This document shows, piece by piece, positions 1 to 13,387 of a stretch of DNA of 64,000 bases. The stretch covers positions 9,927 through 73,926 of the forward strand of contig JAUCBJ010006822.1 in assembly GCA_032718475.1 (NCBI GenBank), written 5' to 3'. Each line of letters opens with the position of its first letter. Within the stretch, counting starts at the first letter, position 1. The position numbers and the translations under genes are program-made. This DNA is from Nemertoderma westbladi (Eukaryota > Animalia > Xenacoelomorpha). Below the pieces are notes generated by a model, which was not told the DNA's origin, did no database searches, and was given only the letters and a program-made list of their open reading frames with translations.

Positions 1-540
1 AAATGTTTAAATGTTTTATAGGTGATTGATATTTAGTGCAAGCTGAATGACTGTAGGTTACAGAGTACTATTGCACTGTATTTTATTTTTAAATCTTTTG
101 GCCAACATTAATACTGTGGAGGCTGTATGCTTATAAGGCGGAATGTTTACTCAGCCTCATACTGATACTCTGTAAGGCTTACACTAACATTATTGTTTGA
201 AATATAAAAATAACTGCTTATTATCTGTATTGGGTTAATCACTGTGGCATTCAAAATGTTTTGTTAGGTGAATGACATTTAGTGGCTAAGATTATTCTCT
301 GTCAGATTCCCTTCACACCATAGGCAAACATTGTTGAGGCTGAGGGAATTTACTTTAGTTTACTCTACTGAGTCATTCAGCTGAATGGATTTGAGCAATT
401 GCCAAATTACAGAGTGGGATCTCTCTCTGACCATAGATAAATAACACTTCCCTTCTGAACAAAGGTAAACATTGTTGAGGGAACTTACCTTTGATTGACG
501 ACTTCCGACTTGCTTAACGGCGTCTTGACGCCGTCTCTAG
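1..540 (+). mobile_element. Unit 1 (partial): family-2 long HINE, 3' part
   Basis: Ends CGACTTGCTTA-ACGGCGTCTTGACGCCGT-CTCTAG; by eye identical to 3331-3870. Confidence 0.85.
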
Positions 541-874
541 TTAGCAAGTCGTAGGACTTGATTACTGTAAGAATTGTTGGCTGATTGACTGGCTGGCTGG
601 CTGGCTGACTGGCTGGCTGGCTGGCTGGCTGATCTACAGCCAAAACTACTCTAACGATTTTGATGAAATTTTCACAGCGGCTAGATACCGCGATTCTAAG
701 GTCCCTGGTATGTTCCGCTATTTCGTCCATGAGCCGTGGGCTCGAAAAATAGACATAAACGAAAAAACGCCATAGGCGCAATGGTAAAATAACACCAATG
801 ACAGCTTGTTGATGGAATTTACATTTGATTGATGACTTCCGACTTTCTTAACGGCGTCTTGACGCCGTCTCTAG
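541..874 (+). mobile_element. Unit 2: family-2 minimal HINE (334 bp)
   Basis: 5' TTAGCAAGTCGTAGGACTTG; family-2 3' end with one subTIR mismatch (GACTTTCTTA). Confidence 0.85.
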
Positions 875-2362
875 TTAGGAACCGAGAGGTTCATTACTGT
901 AAGAATTGTTGGCTGATTGACTGGCTGGCTGGCTGATCTACAGCCAAAACTACTCTAACGATTTTGATGAAATTTTCACAGCATCTAGATACCGCGATTC
1001 TAAGGTCCCTGGTATGATCGGCTACTCCGTCCATAGCCTCTGGGCTCGAAAAATAGAGATAAACGAAAAAACGCCATAGACGCAATGGTAAAATAACACC
1101 CATGACAGCTGGTGTCCTGATGAAAAATGGCTTATGTAATGCATTTCTACACAAGGCTTAGTATAAATCGATGAGGTTGCCAAGATTATTGTACTTAGTA
1201 CACCCATACTGTTTGTATAGGCCACCACTCTCTGTCAAAGCAAACATTAACGAGTTGGTTTAGTTTGAAATCTAATATCGCCTCAGCTGAATTACTCTTC
1301 CCAATGCATTCTATGCGAATATCTCACTCTGCAAAATGTAAGCTGAATGACTCTTACGTACACAGTGAGTTGGCTACATTAATGCCAACATTATTGCAAA
1401 ATGTTTTATTGTTGGATTACTCTCTGTCAGTCTCCCCTTCAGAACATTGTATAGGGAATTTACTTTAGTTTACTCTACTGTGCCATTCAGCTGAATGGAT
1501 TTGAGCGATTGCCAAGTTACAGAGTTGGATCATTCTCTGACCATAGGCAAAGACATCAAATCTTTTTAAAAATATACTTTTTCCATGTTTTTTTTTCTGA
1601 TCAAAAATTTCAAAAAAAAATTTTTCTTAGCCAGTACTGCCAATCGATTCGCCATCAAAAATAACGCAAAAAAATTTTTTTGCAAAATTTTAAATTACTG
1701 TAATTTTTGGCGACTGGGGGGGGGTCAATTTTTTTTGATCCGCTATAACTCCGGAACGCTTTGTCCAAATTCGATGGGGTTTTCATTTTTCAACTTAATT
1801 CGATGTCCTCTTTCAGCCTATCCATGTTTCGAAACCCCAAACAGCGCCGTTCAAAAATAAATTTTTTCTAGTTCTAGAATTTTACAAATTTCAAAAAAGT
1901 TGCAGTATTTTATTAACGCCTTTACGGAATTCGATAGCGTTTTCGATTTTTATATTAAACGCAATATCCTGAATCTCACTAGCCTAGTTTCGCGTCACCA
2001 ATGCCAAGACTTCATACTTTTTGAGGAAAATTTTTCTAGAATAATTTTTATTCAAATTACATTTATCGCGATTTCTTATTACTGGTTGCACATGAATTGA
2101 TGGAGTTTTCACTTTATTAACTAAACACGATATCGCGCATCGCACCAGCGTGGTTTCGAAATTCCAAAACGAGGTCTTCACTAGTTGCAGGTCGAATTTG
2201 TTCTAGAATTGAGCATCTAATAATAGATCGAATTTATTAATAATTATTGTATGAAATATGATTGTATTTTTACATAATTATTAGTTCTATACTAATTCTC
2301 GTTGTTTCTTTTATTTAAAATAAAAAGTCGGTTCCTTATCGGGCCGCTAGGCCCGTCACTAG
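875..2362 (+). mobile_element. Unit 3: family-1 ~1.5 kb HINE
   Basis: 5' TTAGGAACCGAGAGGTTC; 3' TCGGTTCCTTA-TCGGGCCGCTAGGCCCG-TCACTAG. Confidence 0.85.
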
Positions 2363-2374
2363 TTAGGAACCGAG

Positions 2375-3870
2375 TTAGCAAGTCGTTAGACTTGATTACT
2401 GTAAGAATTGTTGACTGACTGACTGGCTGGCTGGCTGGCTGACTGGCTGGCTGATCTACAGCCAAAACTACTCTAACGATTTTGATGAAATTTTCACAGC
2501 ATCTAGATACCGCGATTCTAAGGTCCCTGGCATGATCGGCTACTCCGTCCATAGCCTCTGGGCTCGAAAAATAGAGATAAACGAAAAAACGCCATAGGCG
2601 CAATGGTAAAATAACACCAATGACAGCTGGTGTCCTGATGAAAAATGGCTTATGTAATGCATTTCTACACAAGGCTTAGTAATAAATCGATGAGGTTGCC
2701 AAGATTATTATACTTAGTACACCCATACTGTTTGTTTAGGCCCTAGGACACTCTGTCAAAGCAAATATTAACTGGTTGATTTAGTTTGTGGTTCTACACA
2801 GGCTTAGTATAAATCGGTGAGGCTGCCAACTGGTTGGTTTAGTTTGCAATCTATTACCGCCTCAGCTGAATAACTCTTCCCCCTGCTGAATGACTGTTAG
2901 GTACAGGTTATTGGCTACATTAATGCCAACATTAATACAGTGGAAGCTGTATGCTTATAAGGTGGAATGTTTACTCAGCCTTATACTGATACTCTGTAAG
3001 GTTAAGACTAACATTATAGTTTGAAATATAAAAATCACTTATTATTATCTGTATTGGGTTAATAATCACTGTGGCATTCAAAATGTTTTATAGGTGATTG
3101 ACATTTAGTGCAAGCTGAATGACTGTTAGTTACAGAGTACTACAGTACTGCACTCTTATTTTATTTTTAAATCTTTCGTCCAACATTAATACTTTGGAGG
3201 TTGTATGCTTATAAGGCGAATGTTTACTCAGCTTCATACTGATACACTGTAAGGCTAACACTAACGTTATAGTTTAACACATAAAAATCACTGCTTATTA
3301 TCTGTATCAGGTTACATACTGTGGCATTCAAAATGTTTAAATGTTTTATAGGTGATTGATATTTAGTGCAAGCTGAATGACTGTAGGTTACAGAGTACTA
3401 TTGCACTGTATTTTATTTTTAAATCTTTTGGCCAACATTAATACTGTGGAGGCTGTATGCTTATAAGGCGGAATGTTTACTCAGCCTCATACTGATACTC
3501 TGTAAGGCTTACACTAACATTATTGTTTGAAATATAAAAATAACTGCTTATTATCTGTATTGGGTTAATCACTGTGGCATTCAAAATGTTTTGTTAGGTG
3601 AATGACATTTAGTGGCTAAGATTATTCTCTGTCAGATTCCCTTCACACCATAGGCAAACATTGTTGAGGCTGAGGGAATTTACTTTAGTTTACTCTACTG
3701 AGTCATTCAGCTGAATGGATTTGAGCAATTGCCAAATTACAGAGTGGGATCTCTCTCTGACCATAGATAAATAACACTTCCCTTCTGAACAAAGGTAAAC
3801 ATTGTTGAGGGAACTTACCTTTGATTGACGACTTCCGACTTGCTTAACGGCGTCTTGACGCCGTCTCTAG
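2375..3870 (+). mobile_element. Unit 4: family-2 long HINE (1496 bp) with about three internal ~253-bp tandem repeats
   Basis: Family-2 ends; AACATTAATAC recurs at ~2927, 3182, 3434; preceded by a 12-bp family-1 stub at 2363-2374. Confidence 0.85.
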
Positions 3871-4699
3871 TTAGGAACCGAGAGGTTCATTACTGTAAGA
3901 ATTGCTCGTGGCTGGCTGGCTGGCTGACTGACTGGCTGATCTACAGCCAAAACTACTCTAACGATTTTGATGAAATTTTCACAGCGGCTAGATACCGCGA
4001 TTCTAAGGTCCCTGGAATGTTCCGCTATTTTGTCCATGAGCCGTGGGCTCGAAAAATAGACATAAACGAAAAAACGCCATAGGCGCAATGATAAAAACAC
4101 CAGCTGGCACTCATGAAAAATGCATAGAGATGGCCTAGTAATGCTATTCTATAGGAATGGCCACCTAACAAGGAAATGCTTTCTCTGCCAAGTATTATCC
4201 TCACTCTACAACTCAGACAGTAAGCAAACAAAAGCTGTGGGATTCTAATGTATTACATCATAAGCTGATTGCTCTCCCAATAGCCCTCACACACTCACTG
4301 AATCCAATGAAATCGAATATCTATTAGCTTAATGCGAATAGCTGGTAAGCTGAATGCCATTTTAGTTATTGTGTACTGTTGATAGCAGAGTTGACTGCTA
4401 TGTTGTATGTATTTAATTAAAATAATTTTCGTAGAGGGAAGTTAATTTGGGATTACTTTCTATCAGATGTAAGCAAAGCTGTTCAATGGGGTGGGTCATG
4501 GGACCCAAATATAGTACATTATGCATGGCAAACATTAATAAAATCATTCAGTCAACATGGAGGGTATTTGCTTAGTTAACTCTACTGTGCGAAAAACGAA
4601 TTTATAATGTTACCCATACTTCAGGTGAATGAATTTTTAGATATTTGTACTGGAGGCAAGGATTTCTGATATAATTAAATATATATTTCGATATTATGT

Positions 4700-4940
4700 A
4701 GTTGCGCCCTTCTAGCAGCACGTGAGATAATCAAGTAATAGACACAATGTTTGACTTTGTCCCTTCAAGCAGCACGTGAGTTTTGCTTTGACCCTTCGAT
4801 ATATGTATTTGCGCCCTTCGAGCAGCACGTGAATTACATCAAATAATAGACACATTGTTTAACTTTGTCCCTTCGAGCAGCACGTGAGTTTTGCTTTGAC
4901 CCTTCGATATATGTATTTGCGCCCTTCGAGCAGCACGGGG
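4700..4940. repeat. Minisatellite of CCCTTCGAGCAGCACGTGAG motifs (~50-bp spacing, ~105-bp dimer)
   Basis: Four CACGTG copies plus one variant; homologous blocks at ~12259-12550 (inverted) and ~20070-20390. Confidence 0.85.
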
Positions 4941-4952
4941 AGTTGACTCAGA

Positions 4953-5418
4953 CCGAGCCGAGCCGAGCCGAGCCGAGCCGAGCCGAGCCGAGCCGAGCCG
5001 AGCCGAGCCGAGCCGAGCCGAGCCGAGCCGAGCCGAGCCGAGCCGAGGCGAGCAAAGCCGAGCCGAGTTGAGCCGAGCCGAGCCGAGCGGAGCCGAGCCG
5101 AGCCGAGCCGAGCCGAGCCGAGCCGAGCCGTGCCGAGCCGAGCCGAGCCGAGCCGAGCCGAGCCGAGCCGAGCCGAGCCGAGCCGAGCCGAGCCGAGCCG
5201 AGCCGAGCCGAGCCGAGCCGAGCCGAGCCGAACCGAGCCGAGCCGAACCGAGCCGAGCCGAGCCGAGCCGAGACAAGCCAAGCCAAGCCGAGCCGAGCCG
5301 AGCCGAGCCGAGCCGAGCCGAGCCGAGCCGAGCCGAGCCGAGCCGAGCCGAGCCGAACCGAACCAAACCAAACCGAACCGAGCCGAGCCGAGCCAAATCG
5401 TGCAAGACCGAGCCGAGC
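4953..5418 (+). repeat. (GAGCC)n pentanucleotide microsatellite
   Basis: Directly visible. Confidence 0.97.
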
Positions 5419-5480
5419 TCGTTGTCTCTTTTATTTGAAAAAAAATCGGTTCCTTATCGGGCCGCTAGGCCCGTCACTAG

Positions 5481-6974
5481 TTAGGAACCGAGAGGTTCAT
5501 TACTGTAAGAATTGTTGGCTGATTGACTGGCTGGCTGACTGGCTGGCTGGCTGGCTGGCTGATCTACAGCCAAAACTACTCTAACAATTTTGATGAAATT
5601 TTCACAGTGGCTTGATACCGCGATTCGAAGGTCCCTGGTATGTTCCGCTATTTCGTCCATGAGCCGTGGGCTCGAAAAATAGACATAAACGAAAAAACGC
5701 CATTGGTGCAATGGTAAAATATCACCAATAACAGCTGGTGTCGTGATGAAAAATGGCTTATGTAATGGATTTCTACACAAGGCTTAGTATAAATCGATGA
5801 GGTTGCCAAGATTATTCACTTAGTACACCAATACTGTTTGTTTAGGCCCTATGACACTCTGTCAAAGCAAATATTTACTGGTTGGTTTAGTTTGAAATCT
5901 ATTATTGCCTCAGCTGAATTACTCTTCCCAATGCGCACTCTATGGGAATATCTCCCTCTGCTAATGTAAGCTGAATGACTTAAGTACACAGTGTGTTGGC
6001 TACATTAATGCCGTTTTATTGTTGGATTACTCTCTGTCAGTCTCCCCTTCAGAACATTGTATAGGGAATTTAATTTAGTTTACTCTACTGTGCCATTCAG
6101 CTGAATGGATTTGAGCGATTGCCAAGTTACAGAGTTGGATCATTCTCTGACCATAGGCAAAGACATGAAATCTTTTTAAAAATATACTTTTTCCATGTTT
6201 TTTTTTCTGACCAAAAATTTCAAAAAAAAATTTTTCGTAGCCAGTACTGCCAATCGATTCGCCATCAAAAATAACGCAAAAATTTTTTTTTGCAAAATTT
6301 TAAATTGCTGTAAATTTTTGGCGACTGGGGGGGGGGGTCAATTTTTTTCGATCCGCTATAACTCCGGAACGCTTTGTCCAAATTCGATGGGGTTTTCATT
6401 TTTCAACTTAATTCGACGTCCTCTTTCAGCCTATCCATGTTTCGAAACCCCAAACAGCGCCGTTCAAAAATTGATTTTTTCTAGTTCTAGAATTTTACAA
6501 ATTTCAAAAAAGTTGCAGTATTTTATTAACGCCTTTACGGAATTCGATAGCGTTTTCGATTTTTATATTAAACGCAATATCCTGAATCTCACTAGCCTAG
6601 TTTCGCGTCACCAATGCCAAGACTTCATACTTTTTGAGGAAAATTTTTCTAGAATAATTTTTACTTAATTACATTTATCGCGATTTCTTATTACTGCTTG
6701 CACATGAATTGATGGAGTTTTCAATTTATTAACTAAACACGATATCGCGCATCGCACCAGCGTGGTTTCGAAATTCCAAAACGAGGTCTTCACTAGTTGC
6801 AGGTCGATTTTGTTCTAGAATTGAGCAACTAATAATAGATCGAATTTATTAATAATTATTGTATGAAATATGATTGTATTTTTACATAATTATTAGTTCT
6901 ATACTAATTCTCGTTGTCTCTTTTATTTAAAATAAAAAGTCGGTTCCTTATCGGGCCGCTAGGCCCGTCACTAG
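5481..6974 (+). mobile_element. Unit 6: family-1 ~1.5 kb HINE
   Basis: Family-1 5' and 3' ends. Confidence 0.85.
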
Positions 6975-7308
6975 TTAGCAAGTCGTAGGACTTGATTACT
7001 GTAAGAATTGTTGGCTGATTGACTGGCTGGCTGGCTGGCTGACTGGCTGGCTGGCTGGCTGGCTGATCTACAGCCAAAACTACTCTAACGATTTTGATGA
7101 AATTTTCACAGCGGCTAGATACCGCGATTCTAAGGTCCCTGGTATGTTCCGCTATTTCGTCCATGAGCCGTGGGCTCGAAAAATAGACATAAACGAAAAA
7201 ACGCCATAGGCGCAATGGTAAAATAACACCAATGACAGCTTGTTGATGGAATTTACATTTGATTGATGACTTCCGACTTGCTTAACGGCGTCTTGACGCC
7301 GTCTCTAG
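6975..7308 (+). mobile_element. Unit 7: family-2 minimal HINE (334 bp)
   Basis: Family-2 ends; near-identical to unit 2. Confidence 0.85.
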
Positions 7309-8797
7309 TTAGGAACCGAGAGGTTCATTACTGTAAGAATTGCTCGTGACTGACTGACTGACTGGCTGGCTGATCTACAGCCAAAACTACTCTAACGATT
7401 TTGATGAAATTTTCACAGCGGCTAGATACCGCGATTCTAAGGTCCCTGGTATGTTCCGCTATTTCGTCCATGAGCCGTGGGCTCGAAAAATAGACATAAA
7501 CGAAAAAACGCCATAGGCGCAATGGTAAAATAACACCAATAACAGCTGGTGTCGTGATGAAAAATGGCTTATGTAATGCATTTCTACAGAAGGCTTAGTA
7601 ATAAATCGATGAGGTTGCCAAGATTATTATACTCAGTACACCCATACTGTTTGTATAGGCCACCACTCTCTGTCAAAGCAAACATTAACTGGTTGGTTTA
7701 GTTTGAAATCTAATATCGCCTCAGCTGAATTACTCTTCCCAATGCAATCTATGGGAATATCTCACTCTGCTAATGTAAGCTGAATGACTGTTACGTACAC
7801 AGTGAGTTGGCTACATTAATGCCAACATTATTGCAAAATGTTTTATTGTTGGATTACTCTCTGTCAGTCTCCCCTTCAGAACATTGTATAGGGAATTTAC
7901 TTTAGTTTACTCTACTGTGCCATTCAGCTGAATGGATTTGAGCGATTGCCAAGTTACAGAGTTGGATCATTCTCTGACCATAGGCAAAGACATCAAATCT
8001 TTTTAAAAATATACTTTTTCCATGTTTTTTTTTCTGACCAAAAATTTCAAAAAAAATTTTTCGTAGCCAGTACTGCCAATCGATTCGCCATCAAAAATAA
8101 CGCAAAAAATTTTTTTTGCAAAATTTTAAATTACTGTAAATTTTTGGCGACTGGGGGGGGTCAATTTTTTTCGATCCGCTATAACTCCGGAACGCTTTGT
8201 CCAAATTCGATGGGGTTTTCATTTTTCAACTTAATTCGATGTCCTCTTTCAGCCTATCCATGTTTCGAAACCCCAAACAGCGCCGTTCAAAAATTAATTT
8301 TTTCTAGTTCTAGAATTTTACAAATTTCAAAAAAGTTGCAGTATTTTATTAACGCCTTTACGGAATTCGATAGCGTTTTCGATTTTTATATTAAACGCAA
8401 TATCCTGAATCTCACTAGCCTAGTTTCGCGTCACCAATGCCAAGACTTCATACTTTTTGAGGAAAATTTTTCTAGAATAATTTTTATTTAATTACATTTA
8501 TCGCGATTTCTTATTACTGGTTGCACATGAATTGATGGAGTTTTCAATTTATTAACTAAACACGATATCGCGCATCGCACCAGCGTGGTTTCGAAATTCC
8601 AAAACGAGGTCTTCACTAGTTGCAGGTCGATTTTGTTCTAGAATTGAGCAACTAATAATAGATCGAATTTATTAATAATTATTGTATGAAATATGATTGT
8701 ATTTTTACATAATTATTAGTTCTATACTAATTCTCGTTGTCTCTTTTATTTAAAATAAAAAGTCGGTTCCTTATCGGGCCGCTAGGCCCGTCACTAG
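7309..8797 (+). mobile_element. Unit 8: family-1 ~1.5 kb HINE
   Basis: Family-1 ends. Confidence 0.85.
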
Positions 8798-10442
8798 TTA
8801 GGAACCGAGAGGTTCATTACTGTAAGAATTGTTAGCTGACTGGCTGACTGACTGGCTGGCTGATCTACAGCCAAAACTACTCTAACGATTTTGATGAAAT
8901 TTTCACAGCGGCTAGATACCGCGATTCTAAGGTCCCTGGTATGTTCCGCTATTTCGTCCATGAGCCGTGGGCTCGAAAAATAGACATAAACGAAAAAACG
9001 CCATAGGCGCAATGGTAAAATAACACCAATGACAGCTGGTGTCCTGATGAAAAATGGCTTATGTAATGCATTTCTACACAAGGCTTAGTATAAATCGATG
9101 AGGTTGCCAAGATTATTGTACTTAGTACACCCATACTGTTTGTTTAGGCCCTGCACTCTCTGTCAAAGCAAATATTAACTGGTTGATTTAGTTTGTGGTT
9201 CTACACAGGCTTAGTATAAATCGATGAGGCTGCCAACTGGTTGGTTTAGTTTGCAATCTATTACCGCCTCAGCTGAATAACTCTTCCCCCTGCTGAATGA
9301 CTATTAGGTATACAGTGTATCGGCTACATTAATGCCAACATTAATACTGTGGAGGCTGTATGCTTATAAGGTGGAATGTTTACTCAGCCTTATACTGATA
9401 CTCTGTAAGGCTAAGACTAACATTATAGTTTGAAATATAAAAATCACTTCTTGGCTACATTAATGCCAACATTATTGCAAAGTGTTTTATTGTTGGATTA
9501 CTCTCTGTCAGTCTCCCCTTCAGAACATTGTATTGGGAATTTACTTTAGTTTACTCTACTGTGCCATTCAGCTGAATGGATTTGAGCGATTGCCAAGTTA
9601 CAGAGTTGGATCATTCTCTGACCATATGCAAAGACATGAAATCTTTTTAAAAATATACTTTTTCCATGTTTTTTTTTCTGACCTAAAATTTCAAAAAAAA
9701 ATTTTTCGTAGCCAGTACTGCCAATCGATTCGCCATCAAAAATAACGCAAAAAATTTTTTTTGCAAAATTTTAAATTACTGTAAATTTTTGGCGACTGGG
9801 GGGGGTCAATTTTTTTCGATCCGCTATAACTCCGGAACGCTTTGTCCAAATTCGATGGGGTTTTCATTTTTCAACTTAATTCGATGTCCTCTTTCAGCCT
9901 ATCCATGTTTCGAAACCCCAAACAGCGCCGTTCAAAAATTAATTTTTTCTAGTTCTAGAATTTTACAAATTTCAAAAAAGTTGCAGTATTTTATTAACGC
10001 CTTTACGGAATTCGATAGCGTTTTCGATTTTTATATTAAACGCAATATCCTGAATCTCAATAGCCTAGTTTCGCGTCACCAATGCCAAGACTTCATACTT
10101 TTTGAGGAAAATTTTTCTAGATTAATTTTTATTTAATTACATTTATCGCGATTTCTTATTACTGGTTGCACATGAACTGATGGAGTTTTCAATTTATTAA
10201 CCAAACACGATATCGCGCATCGCACCAGCGTGGTTTCGAAATTCCAAAACGAGGTCTTCACTAGTTGCAGGTCGATTTTGTTCTAGAATTGAGCAACTAA
10301 TAATAGATCAAATTTATTAATAATTATTGTATGAAATATGATTGTATTTTTACATAATTATTAGTTCTATACTAATTCTCGTTGTCTCTTTTAATTAAAA
10401 TAAAAAGTCGGTTCCTTATCGGGCCGCTAGGCCCGTCACTAG
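8798..10442 (+). mobile_element. Unit 9: family-1 HINE with an internal segment from the family-2 long type (1645 bp)
   Basis: Family-1 ends; ~9180-9450 matches unit 13 at ~16650-16920. Confidence 0.82.
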
Positions 10443-10775
10443 TTAGCAAGTCGTAGACTTGATTACTGTAAGAATTGTTGGCTGATTGACTGGCTGGCTG
10501 GCTGGCTGACTGGCTGGCTGGCTGGCTGGCTGATCTACAGCCAAAACTACTCTAACGATTTTGATGAAATTTTCACAGCGGCTAGATACCGCGATTCTAA
10601 GGTCCCTGGTATGTTCCGCTATTTCGTCCATGAGCCGTGGGCTCGAAAAATAGACATAAACGAAAAAACGCCATAGGCGCAATGGTAAAATAACACCAAT
10701 GACAGCTTGTTGATGGAATTTACATTTGATTGATGACTTCCGACTTGCTTAACGGCGTCTTGACGCCGTCTCTAG
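10443..10775 (+). mobile_element. Unit 10: family-2 minimal HINE (333 bp)
   Basis: Family-2 ends. Confidence 0.85.
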
Positions 10776-11066
10776 TTAGGAACCGAGAGGTTCATTACTG
10801 TAAGAATTGTTTGCTGATTGACTGACTGGCTGACTGACTGGCTGGCTGATCTACAGCCAAAACTACTCTAACGATTTTGATGAAATTTTCACAGCGGCTA
10901 GATACCGCGATTCTAAGGTCCCTGATATGTTCCGCTATTTCGTCCATGAGCCGTGGGCTCGAAAAATAGAGATAAACGAAAAAACGCCATAGGCGCAATG
11001 GTAAAATAACACACCCATGACAGCTGGTGTCCTGATGAAAAATGGCTTATGTAATGCATTTCTACA

Positions 11067-13387
11067 CTAGTGACGGGCCTAGCGGCCCGATAAGGAACCG
11101 ACTTTTTATTTCAAATAAAAGAGACAACGAGCTCGGCTCGGTCTTGCACGATTGGGCACGATTAAGTTCGACTTGGCTTGATCGGCTCGGCTTGGCTTGG
11201 TTCGGCTCGGCTCGGCTCGTTTCGGCTCGGCTCGGCTCGGCTCGGCTCGGCTCGGCTCGGTTCGGCTCGGCTCGGCTCGGCTCGGCTCGGCTCGGCTCGG
11301 CTCGGCACGGCTCGGCTCGGCTCGGCTCGGCTCGGCTCGGCTCGGCTCGGCTCGGCTCGGGTCGGCTCGGCTCGGCTCGGCTCGGCTCGGCTCGGCTCGG
11401 CTCTGCTCGGCTCGGCTTGGCTCGGCTCGGCTCGGCTCGGCTCGGCTCGGCTCGGCTTGGCTCGGCTCGGCTCGGCTCGGCTCGGCTTGGCTCGGCTCGG
11501 CTCGGCTCGGCTCGGCTCGGCTCGGCTCGGCTCGGCTCGGCTCGGCTCGGCTCGGCTCGGCTCGGCTCGGCTCGGCTCGGCTCGGTTCGGCTCGGCTCGG
11601 CTCGGCTCGGCTCGGCTCGGCTCGGCTCGGCTCGGCTCGGCTCGGCTCGGCTCGGCTCGGCTCGGCTCGGCTCGGCTCGGCTCGGCTCGGCTCGGCTCGG
11701 CTCGGCTCGGCTCGGCTCGGCTCGGCTCGGCTCGGCTCGGCTCGGCTCGGCTCGGCTCGGCTCGGCTCGGCTCGGCTCGGCTCGGCTCGGCTTGGCTCGG
11801 CTCGGCTCGGCTCGGCTCGGCTTGGCTCGGCTCGGCTCGGCTCGGCTCCGCTCGGCTCGGCTCGGCTCGGCTCGGCTCGGCTCGGCTCGGCTCGGCTCGG
11901 CTCGGCTCGGCTCGGCTCGGCTCGGTTCGGCTCGGCTCGGCACGGCACGGCTCGGCTCGGCTCGGTTCGGCTCGGCTCGGCTCGGCTCGGCTCGGCTCGG
12001 CTTGGCTCGGCTCGGCTCGGCTCGGCTCGGCTCGGCTCGGCTCGGCTCGGCTCGGCTCGGCTCGGCTCGGCTCGGCTCGGCTCGGCTCGGCTCGGCTCGG
12101 CTCGGCTCGGCTCGGCTCGGCTCGGCTCGGCTCGGCTCGGCTCGGCTTGGCTCGGCTTGGCTTGGCTCGGCTCGGCTCGGCTCGGCTCGGCTCGGCTCGG
12201 CTCCGCTCGGCTCCGCTCGGCTCGGCTCGACTCGGCTCGGCTCGGTCTGAGTCGACTCCCCGTGCTGCTCGAAGGGCGCAAATACATATATCGAAGGGTC
12301 AAAGCAAAACTCACGTGCTGCTCGAAGGGACAAAGTCAAATATCGAAGGGTCAAAGCAAAACTCACGTGCTGCTCGAAGGGACAAAGTCAAACAATGTGT
12401 CTATTATTTGATGTAATTCACGTGCTGCTCGAAGGGCGCAAATACATATATCGAAGGGTCAAAGCAAAACTCACGTGCTGCTCGAAGGGACAAAGTCAAA
12501 CATTGTGTCTATTATTTGATTATCTCACGTGCTGCTAGAAGGGCGCAACTACATATATCGAAACAAGCCCCTGTCTTGTATTTTAATTATATCAGAAATC
12601 CTTGCCTTCAGTACAAATATCTAAAAATTCATTCACCTGAAGTATGGGTAACATTATAAATTCGTTTTTCGCACAGTAGAGTTAACTAAGCAAATACCCT
12701 CGGTCCAGGTTGACTGAATGATTTTATTAATGTTTGCCATGCATAATGTACTATATTTGGGTCCCATGACCCACCCCATTGAACAGCTTTGCTTACATCT
12801 GATAGAAAGTAATCCCAAATTAACTTCCCTCTACGAAAATTATTTTAATTAAATACATACAACATAGCAGTCTACTCTGCAATCAACAGTACACAATAAC
12901 TAAAATGGCATTCAGCTTACCAGCTATTCGCATTAAGCTAATAGATATACGATTTCATTCGATTCAGTGAGTGTGTGAGGGCTATTGGGAGAGCAATCAG
13001 CTTATGATGTAATACATTAGAATCCCACGGCTTTTGTTTGCTTACTGTCTGAGTTGTAGAGTGAGGATAATACTTGGCAGAGAAAGCATTTCCTTGTTAG
13101 GTGGCCATTCCTATAGAATAGCATTACTAGGCTTTCTCTATCCATTTTTCATGAGTGCCAGCTGGTGTTTTTATCATTGCGCCTATGGCGTTTTTTCGTT
13201 TATGTCTATTTTTCGAGCCCAAGGCTCATGGACGAAATAGCGGAACATACCAGGGACCTTAGAATCGCGGTATCCAGCCGCTGTGAAAATTTCATCAAAA
13301 TCGTTAGAGTAGTTTTGGCTATAGATTAACCAGCCAGTCAATCAATCAGCCAACAATTCTTACAGTAATGAACCTCTCGGTTCCTAA
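11067..13387 (-). mobile_element. Nested inverted family-1 HINE (unit-5 type, 2321 bp)
   Basis: Starts CTAGTGACGGGCCTAGCGGCCCG and ends CTCTCGGTTCCTAA, the exact reverse complements of the family-1 ends; no TSD. Confidence 0.87.
11128..12246 (-). repeat. (GAGCC)n microsatellite, ~1.1 kb, read as (GGCTC)n on +
   Basis: Directly visible. Confidence 0.97.

Larger units (their letters stand above)
3871..5480 (+). mobile_element. Unit 5: family-1 HINE carrying a CACGTG minisatellite and (GAGCC)n
   Basis: Family-1 ends; distinct internal sequence from ~4090. Confidence 0.85.

Noticed and set aside
11042-12416. 400-aa SARLG/AEPSR ORFs (also 4839-5484 and 20204-21493)
   Set aside because: A GAGCC pentamer has no stop codon in any frame, so the ORFs on both strands are microsatellite artefacts
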